59,626 bases of DNA from a virus (lineage: Duplodnaviria > Caudoviricetes), in the IMG/VR virus record IMGVR_UViG_3300017706_002637, positions 1 through 59,626 of that record; one strand, 5' to 3'. The translations under genes were made by a program, and so were the position numbers. Below, in pieces: positions 27,114 through 35,895 of this stretch (positions within the stretch are counted from its first letter, which is position 1; each line of letters starts with the position of its first letter). The notes under the pieces are model-generated. The model saw nothing but the letters and a program-made list of their open reading frames with translations. It was not told the origin of the DNA and ran no database searches.

Positions 27114-27662
27114 TTACCAATCTATCTCGCCAGCCATATCGTCTTTGCTTGATGAATTGGGCAGAGGCTCATCCCCTACATCATTAGTATATCCAGAATT
27201 TGCGTTCGTGGCTGACTTTTCTAATAAATAATCTCTGCTGAGGAAAGTTTTAAAAGCATAGTGCCAACTTGAAAAATAGCCTGCTTTATTTTCCAACCAC
27301 TTTTTGCAAGCCTTAGATAAAGTTATTTCATTTTGATATTTGAGATACTCATCATCTGCCGAGGCATACCACTCTTTATCTTTCCCAGTTTTATATCCAG
27401 CTTTCGGAGCTTCATCTAAGGCTGCGTTAGACCACGCCTTACTTTTCTTAGACTCCATAAGCCCAATCCATCTTTCTACCTTTACAAGCTTTTCTTGACA
27501 AATATTTTGACCCTCAAGAGTTATAACAATTCCTCTTTCCGCAACATTCAAGTCAACAATACCGTTAGATGGCATCATAAGCTCTATTTTTTTAACCTCC
27601 TCTATTCCGAGATTCTTAATGCTGAACCCCTCTATATCTGCTATATCTCCAAATGTTTTCAT
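27114..27662 (-). CDS. Possible UvsY-like recombination mediator
   Basis: Helical protein with KTGKDKEWYASADDEY; adjacent to ssb; GGAGG RBS. Confidence 0.4.
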   Translation of the reverse strand: MKTFGDIADIEGFSIKNLGIEEVKKIELMMPSNGIVDLNVAERGIVITLEGQNICQEKLVKVERWIGLMESKKSKAWSNAALDEAPKAGYKTGKDKEWYASADDEYLKYQNEITLSKACKKWLENKAGYFSSWHYAFKTFLSRDYLLEKSATNANSGYTNDVGDEPLPNSSSKDDMAGEIDW

Positions 27663-27988
27663 TCTTTTCCTCCAAATGTTTTATTTTCTAATTTTGTTAA
27701 TCTTTCTTCCAAACTTTTTATTTCACTTTGGTACTTAAACTCTCTATCCTTAATGAATAAATCTAGCTTCCTAAGTCTCTGATTAAAGCATACATTCATT
27801 AAGAAGAAGTAAACCACCAATGATGTCTGCTTTTCGGGGCTTGGCATAACATTTGTTATTATGCCATTTTTATCGGTTTGAAATATTCCAACAAACTCTT
27901 TTTTGTCTACATGCTCGATAAGACTTTTGAAATACTCAAACTCATCATCTGACAAATCCAGCCTTTTGTTGCCTATTGCTCTAATCAA
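27659..27988 (-). CDS. Hypothetical protein
   Basis: 109 aa, GGAGG RBS, coupled to its neighbours. Confidence 0.7.
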   Translation of the reverse strand: MIRAIGNKRLDLSDDEFEYFKSLIEHVDKKEFVGIFQTDKNGIITNVMPSPEKQTSLVVYFFLMNVCFNQRLRKLDLFIKDREFKYQSEIKSLEERLTKLENKTFGGKE

Positions 27989-28428
27989 TCTGAAATCCTC
28001 CTAACCGAAGCTCCTTTTTTACCTAATATTGGATTATTTCTGGCCAAAGTTCTAAGTCTGGAAACCCTATCTTCCTCATCGGAGTACCCTTCTTGTTCGA
28101 CACCGAAGTCTTCTTCTGGGTCTTTCGCTTGGCCTTCCTCAGAATCAACTTTGGGCTCAACTTCATTTTCTTCATAAAATTCTGAGATTTCATCCTTGGA
28201 GCCCTCCGAAGGTATCTTTTTTAAATATTTATTATAAATAAATATAGACATTTCATATACATCAGATTCTTTAAACCCGGCGCTCAAAAGATCATGAGAT
28301 ATATTTTTGCATTGCCTCAAGTCTTCATTGTTTAGAATTTTGCTACCACAAAATGGACACTCATTTGACTTCATGGAGTGCTTCATACTTTTGTTTATTG
28401 AGTTATTGCAATTACTACAATTTATCAT
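27985..28428 (-). CDS. Zinc-ribbon protein
   Basis: CSNC...CPFC at the N-terminus, acidic linker. Confidence 0.7.
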   Translation of the reverse strand: MINCSNCNNSINKSMKHSMKSNECPFCGSKILNNEDLRQCKNISHDLLSAGFKESDVYEMSIFIYNKYLKKIPSEGSKDEISEFYEENEVEPKVDSEEGQAKDPEEDFGVEQEGYSDEEDRVSRLRTLARNNPILGKKGASVRRISD

Positions 28429-31400
28429 AATACCTTCCCGTTTATATTCTCTAATTTAACCAGACTCAAGTCTTTTTGTCCAAGATATTCATTAACTTTG
28501 CAAATTGCTTTAAAGGGGGACCCCTCTATAAGATATCCTTTTAATCTTGAATAATCTCCAGCCCAAATGGTTATGCTAGATGAGTTTCCTTCAAGGTCTT
28601 CTATTTGGTACTTGGCAAACTTCTTTCCGATATTCTTTCCATTCTTAATCTTAAATTCTTTTATCAAAGATTTAAGTATTCCCTCTACCCTAACTTTGTC
28701 TCCCTTATTTTTAAATGAAATTTTATCTAGCTTCGTAATTATACTTGAGTTTGAAAAGAAGCCTTCGTACATTTCGTGGGCTGATCCAGATATAGTTCTG
28801 CCCAATACCTTATACTCATTCTTTAACTTATCTTTAAACTCCCACTCTTCATTAAACTCCGGAAGAATAACGTCACAGGGATCTTTTTCTTTTTTTACGG
28901 CATTGGAAACCTTTGTTCTGTACTTTGCGTAGTTATCATGCATATCCATTCTAGTTCTGTCAAAATAGTCTAGGGCTCCCGCATTAGCTAATGATTGAAT
29001 CACAGTTTTGTTTACAACCCTACCCGTAGTTCTTGCCAAAAAGTCCTGAAAGCAAGAGTAAGGCTGATGCTCCAGAATATCGTTAATAGCCTTCTCTCCA
29101 ACCCCCTTCATACAGGTGAAACCACTTACTATTTCCTTTTCTCCTAATACTTTGTACCCAAATCCGCTGTCATTTACAGATGGAGGAAGTATATCTATTT
29201 TAAGCTTTTTGCACTCTTGAAGATATTCCTTTGCCTTATCTCCATTTGGATCTTCCGAGTTTAAAAGCCCGCACATAAATTCAACTGGATAATGACACTT
29301 AAGCCAAGCAGTATATACTGATATATGAGAATAAAGAATTGAGTGAGACTTGTTGAAGCCATATTTTCCAAAAGGAATAATCTCTTTCTCCCAGATGTCT
29401 GATGCTTCCTCATAAGACATCCCTGTTTTCTCCATACAATCCTTAAGGAAGTCTGCTTCGGTTCTCAATACAAGTTCTGGATCTTTACCCTTTAACTTTG
29501 TAATTTTCCTCAGAGCGTCAGCCTTGTTTAGATCCCATCCGGCACAATCTTTTGCGATAGCCATCATTCCCTCTTCATAAAGAGAAACTCCATAAGTGTC
29601 ACCCAAAGCACCTTTGAGACTTGAGTGCCTAAAAGAAGAAGGCTCCAAGCCAAGTCTCCTTTTCGTATAGTTTTTTCTATCTTGAGGAGAACAAGAAGGT
29701 CTTCCTAGTGCATTGATGTCAGACACCATAGTTACATTCTTTGGCTTTACTTTTTTACAAATTGGAGAAAGAGAAGACTCGAGTTGAAACACTCCAATGT
29801 TATCTCCGTTTGAAATCATATCGAATGTTTTTTTGTCATCAATTGGAATTCCATCCATGGTTATAGTTTCGCCTCTGAAGTTTTTAATTATACTAAAAAC
29901 ATTGTCTATCACCGTAAGAGTCTTAAGCCCAAGGATGTCCATTTTAATTAACCCATTTTCCTCGCACCTATTCTTTTCCCACTGAGTTACAAGCTGACCA
30001 GTTTCGTCAATTCTCAGTGGAACAGACTCATATAATGGCTCATCGGATATAACAACGCCTGCAGCATGAACGCCCCAGTTTCTAGTTAGACCCTGAAGTT
30101 TGGTTGCTCCCTCATACAGATCAGGGTATTTTTCCATATAACCTTTAAACTCTTTGCTCAGCTTGCAGGCTTCCTCTATGGTTCCTGCATCTGGCATAAT
30201 AGAAGTAATGTGGTTTGCTATCTTAAAAGCCGAGGATTTATCTCCTCCAATTCTTAGGGATCTTGCCACATCTTTAATTATAACTTTTGGAGATAAAGTT
30301 GACCAGTTTGATATAGAGGCGACCCTATCTTCTCCGTATTTCTCTTTCAAGTATTCCTTAACCCTAGGTGGGCTTGCGAAATCTGTGTCGATATCTGGAA
30401 AAGATTTCTTTTCTTTATTGTGAAACCTTTCAAATAAAAGCCCATATTCCATCGGGTTTACTGAAGTAATTCCAGTTAGATAAGAAACTAAAGATCCTCC
30501 AGATGAGCCTCTTCCTGGCCCAACCGGGATGTTATTATTTTTAGCCCAATTAATATAATCTGCAACAATTAGCATATAGGAAGAAAAGTTTCTCGCCTCC
30601 AATATAGAAAGCTCATATTTGACTCTGCTCCAGTGTTCTTTTTTATCTTTCGGAGAAAGATCAGAGAATGTCTCCTTGAAAGACTCCATGCATTTGTATC
30701 TCAAATAAGCTTTATCTACACCAACATTCTGCTCAGTTCTTTCATACCAACCTTTGAAGGAATCATAATCTTTCTCTTCTTTTATTGGAAACTTCGGAAG
30801 CCTTGGGCCGCTTGGCTTAATGTAATGCGGCTCTTCGCACATATCAGAAATCATAGTAGAGTTTTTCATACCCTCATTTGCAATCTCTGATCCAAAGAAG
30901 TCAATGATCTCTTCGTGAGATTTCAAATACATATCTTGAACCCCATATCTAAATCTGTTGGGATCATCAATTGCTTTCTTATCTTTAATCGCCAACATCA
31001 TATCGTGATACTTTGCGTGATCTTTATCAAGATAATGAGCGTCGCAAGTTATAGTGTACCTAATTCCATGATTTCTGCCAAACTCTATGAGCTTTTGATT
31101 TAAAAACATCTGATCTACATTTCCGTCATCTGTCTTTAGCGCATGAGGTTGAAGCTCTAAAAACAATCTGTCTGAAAAAATTGACTGAAGTCTAAGCATT
31201 CTTCTTATAGCCTCATCTTCATCTTTGTCTGCAATTAAAGCCTTTGCGATTGGACCGTTTGAACATGCCGTCAGACATATCACATCTTTATTAAAAGACT
31301 CTAAGTGCTCCCAACTGATTCTAGGAGTTTTCTTGCCCATATATCCAGAAACTTGATTCTTATAGGCCTCGTAGTTTAACCTGAGAATATTCTTGTAACC

Positions 31401-31679
31401 AAGATGTGTTTTGGGCAAAAGAATAAGGTGGTGAGACTTTCTAACTGTTAAGTCTGGAGCAAAGTAAGCCTCCATTCCAGGTATAAGCTTAACTCCAGTT
31501 CTTTGTGACGCCTTATAACAGTCATAATGGGCTGTCATAGTTCCGTGATCAGTAATTGCTATAGCTCTATGGTTAAGAGAGTTTGCTTGGTCAAAAAGCT
31601 GGTTTACATCATTCATTCCGTCTAACGGAGATCCAAGCTCCGTATGGTTGTGCAAAGATACAAAAGGTGATTTTTTCAT
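28425..31679 (-). CDS. dnaE: DNA polymerase III alpha subunit (C-family)
   Basis: PHP domain (HNH, SPLDG, TDHG, GMEAY), GPGRGS, FPDIDTDF, HAAGVVI, GLIKMDILG, YGFNKSH, HhH and OB fold. No intein. Confidence 0.97.
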   Translation of the reverse strand: MKKSPFVSLHNHTELGSPLDGMNDVNQLFDQANSLNHRAIAITDHGTMTAHYDCYKASQRTGVKLIPGMEAYFAPDLTVRKSHHLILLPKTHLGYKNILRLNYEAYKNQVSGYMGKKTPRISWEHLESFNKDVICLTACSNGPIAKALIADKDEDEAIRRMLRLQSIFSDRLFLELQPHALKTDDGNVDQMFLNQKLIEFGRNHGIRYTITCDAHYLDKDHAKYHDMMLAIKDKKAIDDPNRFRYGVQDMYLKSHEEIIDFFGSEIANEGMKNSTMISDMCEEPHYIKPSGPRLPKFPIKEEKDYDSFKGWYERTEQNVGVDKAYLRYKCMESFKETFSDLSPKDKKEHWSRVKYELSILEARNFSSYMLIVADYINWAKNNNIPVGPGRGSSGGSLVSYLTGITSVNPMEYGLLFERFHNKEKKSFPDIDTDFASPPRVKEYLKEKYGEDRVASISNWSTLSPKVIIKDVARSLRIGGDKSSAFKIANHITSIMPDAGTIEEACKLSKEFKGYMEKYPDLYEGATKLQGLTRNWGVHAAGVVISDEPLYESVPLRIDETGQLVTQWEKNRCEENGLIKMDILGLKTLTVIDNVFSIIKNFRGETITMDGIPIDDKKTFDMISNGDNIGVFQLESSLSPICKKVKPKNVTMVSDINALGRPSCSPQDRKNYTKRRLGLEPSSFRHSSLKGALGDTYGVSLYEEGMMAIAKDCAGWDLNKADALRKITKLKGKDPELVLRTEADFLKDCMEKTGMSYEEASDIWEKEIIPFGKYGFNKSHSILYSHISVYTAWLKCHYPVEFMCGLLNSEDPNGDKAKEYLQECKKLKIDILPPSVNDSGFGYKVLGEKEIVSGFTCMKGVGEKAINDILEHQPYSCFQDFLARTTGRVVNKTVIQSLANAGALDYFDRTRMDMHDNYAKYRTKVSNAVKKEKDPCDVILPEFNEEWEFKDKLKNEYKVLGRTISGSAHEMYEGFFSNSSIITKLDKISFKNKGDKVRVEGILKSLIKEFKIKNGKNIGKKFAKYQIEDLEGNSSSITIWAGDYSRLKGYLIEGSPFKAICKVNEYLGQKDLSLVKLENINGKVL

Positions 31680-31686
31680 GTTTAGA

Positions 31687-31738
31687 CTCCTATAATTTTT
31701 GGATTAAATAGTAGCATTGGTTTCTTTAATCCACAAAA
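31687..31738 (-). promoter_or_regulatory. Leader hairpin directly upstream of the dnaE Shine-Dalgarno
   Basis: TGGATTAAA-N16-TTTAATCCA (31700-31733), ending 8 nt before AGGAG (31687-31691). Confidence 0.45.
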
Positions 31739-31765
31739 TAAAATGTTTATCAATTCAATATTTTT

Positions 31766-31801
31766 AAAAAAAAATAAGGTGAACCGTTTCGGTCACCTTA
31801 T
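31766..31801 (-). terminator. Rho-independent terminator
   Basis: ATAAGGTGACCG-AAA-CGGTTCACCTTAT followed by a U-tract on the minus strand. Confidence 0.85.
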
Positions 31802-31839
31802 AATTATACACATATGTTATAAAATTTCACAACTTTAAA

Positions 31840-32316
31840 TTAAGAAAAGATATTGATATCCTTTTCATTTACAATGTCATTTATCATGCTTTCCACTATC
31901 TTCTGAGTTTCATCTAATGTTTGCTTCGGCTCCCAGTCAAACACATCTTTTACTTCAAAGAAATTAAATTGATTTATATAAGACGGAAAATTTTCCATTA
32001 TCATCGGCGTATGCTCTTCTTTGTCCATCGCGATTACCATATCTGAATTTTCTATAGCATCTTTAGTCAAAGATTTTCTGTCTCTTTCGAAATATCTTTC
32101 TGGTATTCCAATATAATTCATTCTTTCTCTTGAAAAAGGAGAAATTTCTCCGTGCTTCTCAGATAGTTCGTCTGCAAAGTGTATCGCTAAGCCATAGCTA
32201 TCTGCAATATAATCTAATTTTAAAATGTCGCATAAGTAATTGAAATAAGACTCTGCAAACCTGCTTCTATAATAATTACCCGTACAAACAAAAGTTACCT
32301 TGGTCTTGTTTATCAT
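31840..32316 (-). CDS. Low-molecular-weight phosphatase (LMW-PTP/ArsC fold)
   Basis: VTFVCTGNYYRSRFAE P-loop C(x)5R, plus SDMVIAMD. Confidence 0.85.
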   Translation of the reverse strand: MINKTKVTFVCTGNYYRSRFAESYFNYLCDILKLDYIADSYGLAIHFADELSEKHGEISPFSRERMNYIGIPERYFERDRKSLTKDAIENSDMVIAMDKEEHTPMIMENFPSYINQFNFFEVKDVFDWEPKQTLDETQKIVESMINDIVNEKDINIFS

Positions 32317-32318
32317 AA

Positions 32319-32588
32319 CTACTCCTCATCAAAATCTGCGTCGAATTCACTAACTATATCCATAATAAGCTCTACATCTGCATCTTTTTTTCTAATTTGC
32401 TCTGCAATAGCTATCTCTTTCTTGGGAAGGTTATACTTGTCGATTAAGTTTTTCAGAGCATCTCTCATAGATTCTCTGGCCTGCTTAATTTCTTCTTCAT
32501 AAGCACCCTTTGTTCTAAAATACTCTTCCAGGTGTTCTGGGTTATAAGTATTGGCCTCTTTTTCTTCTTCAAACAATTTCTGCATCAT
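32319..32588 (-). CDS. Small dsDNA-binding protein (T4 DsbA/GapR-like)
   Basis: YEEEIKQARESMRDALKNL...NLPKKEIAIAEQIRK helical pattern. Confidence 0.4.
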   Translation of the reverse strand: MMQKLFEEEKEANTYNPEHLEEYFRTKGAYEEEIKQARESMRDALKNLIDKYNLPKKEIAIAEQIRKKDADVELIMDIVSEFDADFDEE

Positions 32589-33544
32589 TTTTGTTTTCTC
32601 CTAAATATGAAATTATCTTTTATGGTTTCAATTTTATTTTTTAGCCAGGATTTTAGATTGATGAAGTCCTCCATTTCTCTTCTTGTGGAAGCAATTATTA
32701 TTTCAGACTTCGACCAATCTATGTTTGTAGAACTAACCTCTACAGCTTTATAATACACATCTTTTTGCAATATTACTTTAAATTTGTGAGAAATATTTAT
32801 CTGCGAGCCATTTCCATTTCTAATCATCAAATAAAGCGGAGATATTTTTTCGTAACCACTATGAGGCATATCTAATACTGCAAAATAATTTTCTTTTTCC
32901 AGGCTAGCCGTTTTCTCAAAAAGACAAGATGCATCTTCTAGCGGCTTATATTTTTTTATCTCTAAATCGCTTAACGATCCAACTTTCCTTAGTATTAAAA
33001 AGCTATTGTTATAATATCTATATATATTGAACTTTAGGGTTGAAAAGAAATAGTCTAACTCCTCAAATGTATATTCTGAGTTATATTCTTCTAAATTTTT
33101 AAAACATTTTATTAGGCAATTCAAAAGTATCTTCTGCTTCATAGTTATCTTGTATACGAAGCTTCTTATTGAGCTATCTTTATTGTACATATTCCTATTT
33201 GAAATATTCGGAATAAAATATCCACCTATCGTATTTCCGTCAACAGTTATTTCTTCTATTTCTTTGAATATGAAATTATATATTTCCTCAAAATCTATTT
33301 TAAACTTTTTATTTCTATATCTCTGGTCAAAAAGATCTTTTGATTTTCTAAAAAGATTTAAGGCTTTTCTACACTCTTCTATATCTGAAAAGTTTATACT
33401 TTCAAAATCATACTCTACAAAATCAACCTCATTCTGAAGAAAGTCTGAAGAGATAGAGTTTGAAACTCTATTCTTCAGAACTGATATCTTAAAAGAAGAG
33501 GTAGCCTTTTCTTTGTTTATATATTCAATAATTTTTTGACTCAT
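32585..33544 (-). CDS. Hypothetical protein
   Basis: Probable start is MSQKII at 33544 (ATGA overlap with the sigma stop). Confidence 0.7.
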   Translation of the reverse strand: MSQKIIEYINKEKATSSFKISVLKNRVSNSISSDFLQNEVDFVEYDFESINFSDIEECRKALNLFRKSKDLFDQRYRNKKFKIDFEEIYNFIFKEIEEITVDGNTIGGYFIPNISNRNMYNKDSSIRSFVYKITMKQKILLNCLIKCFKNLEEYNSEYTFEELDYFFSTLKFNIYRYYNNSFLILRKVGSLSDLEIKKYKPLEDASCLFEKTASLEKENYFAVLDMPHSGYEKISPLYLMIRNGNGSQINISHKFKVILQKDVYYKAVEVSSTNIDWSKSEIIIASTRREMEDFINLKSWLKNKIETIKDNFIFRRKQK

Positions 33545-34158
33545 AGTTGTTTCAATAACTCTATAATCCTCGAATCTTTTGCAAGCTTCTTTAGTTTGTT
33601 TGACGCAGTCCAAGAGTTAATATTTAATATTTTTGCAGCAGCAACCTTGGTGTACCCTTCTATTGATACTAAGTATAGCAACTCGGATGTCTTCTTCCCA
33701 TATATAGACTCCACTTCGTCAAATATTTGCTGCAAATGTAATTTATCTTCGTCATAATGAAAGTCTGTAAATGAAGAAATTGGAACGTAACCGTCCAAGT
33801 CTTTATCCGATAGTTTCGAAAAGGCTATTTCTCTGGCAAACTTTTGATCTTTCGACAGAGTGGCGCATCTACTTTTCTTGCTAAGAGTTTTCATTTTTGA
33901 GATAACCTTGTTATTTATATGAACATGCAAAAAGGTTGAGAGTTTTACTTCTTTTTTTTCATCATAGTTTTTGATTCCTTCTATTAGAATTATAAGAACT
34001 TCTTGCTTTGAATCTTCAAAATCTAACCCAAAAGCGCAAAGCTTTCTTGCATATTTGTTTACAAGGGGGTCGATCTTGTTCATTACCTTTTCGTAACCAT
34101 TGCAGCTCTTATGGCATATATCGTACTCCTCATCATACATTTTAACCTTCATCTTCAT
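33541..34158 (-). CDS. Phage RNA polymerase sigma factor (sigma-70 family, regions 2 and 4)
   Basis: PLVNKYARK...DFEDSKQEVLIILIEGIKNYDEKKEVKLSTF (region 2) and EGYTKVAAAKILNI (region 4). Confidence 0.8.
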   Translation of the reverse strand: MKMKVKMYDEEYDICHKSCNGYEKVMNKIDPLVNKYARKLCAFGLDFEDSKQEVLIILIEGIKNYDEKKEVKLSTFLHVHINNKVISKMKTLSKKSRCATLSKDQKFAREIAFSKLSDKDLDGYVPISSFTDFHYDEDKLHLQQIFDEVESIYGKKTSELLYLVSIEGYTKVAAAKILNINSWTASNKLKKLAKDSRIIELLKQL

Positions 34159-34927
34159 TTTCCTCTGCCCAAGTTCCCAAACATATTGATTTATAGTCGC
34201 ACCAATCGCAAAGTCTATTTTGATTTTTAGGCCAAACTTTTTCGGTTCTTATGGCGTTAGCTTTTTTTATAATAGTATTGAAAGTTCTATCCATATCCAT
34301 TGTTCCAAATTCAAACTCAACTTCTTTAAAGTGATGCTTCATTAGAACAAAAGAACCAGAAATTGTTTCTACTTGAGGATACATTCTTTTTATAGCCAAA
34401 GAGTAAACTAGAAGCTGGAACTCTTTTAGGTATTTTGGATTTTTAGATGTTTTATAATCTACAACTTTGTAATGCGTATCAGAAATCTTGTCAATTCTAT
34501 CAATGAAGCCTCTTATCTTTACCCCTTCTGTGACTTCAAACTCATAAGAAACTTCCGTTCCGACAACATTCGGCAGACCCTTTTCTTCGATTATATCTAA
34601 ATATTCTCCGGTTATCTCTTTCAAATAATCGAAACCAGGCTTATCCCCATCTGGAGACCAAACATATGACCTCAGTATTGTTGGGTCAAACTGCTTGTCT
34701 GTAACGGCATCTTTGAAGCACCCCTTCATTATCTCCCTATATTTTGATGGGTCGGTATCATTGTCAACCCTATTGTGAAAGTGTTCTAAGATTAAATGTG
34801 CGCAAGATCCAAACTCTGTAAAATTCCAGGCTGGCTGATTAACTTTAACTCTCTGTATATATCTATACTCATACTTTTTTGGACAATTATTAAATGTATC
34901 TATAGACGAAACTGACAACTTTATCAT
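34142..34927 (-). CDS. PD-(D/E)XK exonuclease, Cas4/AddB-like with Fe-S staple Cys
   Basis: LSVSSIDTFNNCP, GSCAH, GFIDRID, VDYKT, QLLVY and CDWCDYKSIC. Confidence 0.9.
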   Translation of the reverse strand: MIKLSVSSIDTFNNCPKKYEYRYIQRVKVNQPAWNFTEFGSCAHLILEHFHNRVDNDTDPSKYREIMKGCFKDAVTDKQFDPTILRSYVWSPDGDKPGFDYLKEITGEYLDIIEEKGLPNVVGTEVSYEFEVTEGVKIRGFIDRIDKISDTHYKVVDYKTSKNPKYLKEFQLLVYSLAIKRMYPQVETISGSFVLMKHHFKEVEFEFGTMDMDRTFNTIIKKANAIRTEKVWPKNQNRLCDWCDYKSICLGTWAEENEDEG

Positions 34928-34952
34928 AACTTATTTACTCCATGTATTAAAC

Positions 34953-35831
34953 CTAAAATATTTTTGACATAACCGGATCTTTAATCCACTTATAAACAAA
35001 GTTTTTAGGCCTACCATTGCTTATATTTAGTGTTTTCGGTTCTATTTTTTGATTAGAAATTATCCATCTAGACTCCCTGCTTTCGTAGTAGTAAGAGGTT
35101 ATAACTCCAGTATTGCAATTATACACAGATCTCACTAAATTTCCCGAAATTATTTGCTCAAAAGTAGTTTCGTTTTCTACATAGAATTTTGATGCCGGAT
35201 CGAAAGTACCATACGCCCTATTTATTAATAATACAGATTGACTATCTTGCTCTGACTGATCTCTTCCGTTTATAATTACAACCTTTGACTTTGGGTCAAA
35301 ATTATTATTATTATTTACAAGGCTACTTTTGAAAAAATCTGAGTTATATTCATCTTTTTTGGAAAAATTTATAAAGTCAACAGATGTCTCTCCTTCGGAA
35401 ACAGAGTACTCTTTGCTGGTCATCACCATAGAAGCCCTTATGTCTAAATCGGAAAACTGAATGGAGGTCTCCCTTGCAGGAGATCCATCTGAGTCATACC
35501 CCATGAAGTCAACACCCTCTGAGCTTTCAGTCATAACGACTACGCCCGCCTCGTTACCCTTTCTCGTGTTTCTTATCTTTGCTGACTTCACAGTATATCT
35601 GTTTGAGTAAACTTCAGATTTATCAGATTCACTTATTGCGACAATTTTTATCTCAAAAGAATTCATATCTGTTGGGAGATATATTTTATCTCCGGCAATC
35701 AGTGAATCTTCCGTTGGGATGGTTTCGTCAAAAGTATAATATATTACTCCAGAATCTGAAGATACGTCAATGTATTGTGGTATACCAAAGATAACCTCTG
35801 TTTCGCTTTCATCTATATTTAAAGATATCAT
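34953..35831 (-). CDS. Putative virion protein with an N-terminal Fn3-associated/chitobiase-C-like Ig domain
   Basis: VIYYTFDETIPTEDS motif. Start MISL at 35831 has a GGAGG RBS and is preceded by a TATTAAT motif. Confidence 0.6.
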   Translation of the reverse strand: MISLNIDESETEVIFGIPQYIDVSSDSGVIYYTFDETIPTEDSLIAGDKIYLPTDMNSFEIKIVAISESDKSEVYSNRYTVKSAKIRNTRKGNEAGVVVMTESSEGVDFMGYDSDGSPARETSIQFSDLDIRASMVMTSKEYSVSEGETSVDFINFSKKDEYNSDFFKSSLVNNNNNFDPKSKVVIINGRDQSEQDSQSVLLINRAYGTFDPASKFYVENETTFEQIISGNLVRSVYNCNTGVITSYYYESRESRWIISNQKIEPKTLNISNGRPKNFVYKWIKDPVMSKIF

Positions 35832-35858
35832 AAATCCTCCATATAGTAATATCAAAAA

Positions 35859-35890
35859 TTAATAGCCCGAGCAAGTTCTCGGGCTATTAA
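35859..35890. terminator. Hairpin/terminator after sbcC overlapping a TATTAAT late motif
   Basis: TTAATAGCCCGAG-N6-CTCGGGCTATTAA 13-bp stem. Confidence 0.75.
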
Positions 35891-35895
35891 GCTAA

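Noticed and set aside
11736-31679. Inteins or introns in terL, recA or dnaE
   Set aside because: Lengths are normal and no splice motifs or homing-endonuclease inserts are visible.
13506-31754. Identical 12-mer ATGTTTATCAAT upstream of terL (13506) and dnaE (31743)
   Set aside because: Only two copies in very AT-rich spacers, at different distances from the start codons. This is compatible with chance unless more copies exist genome-wide.
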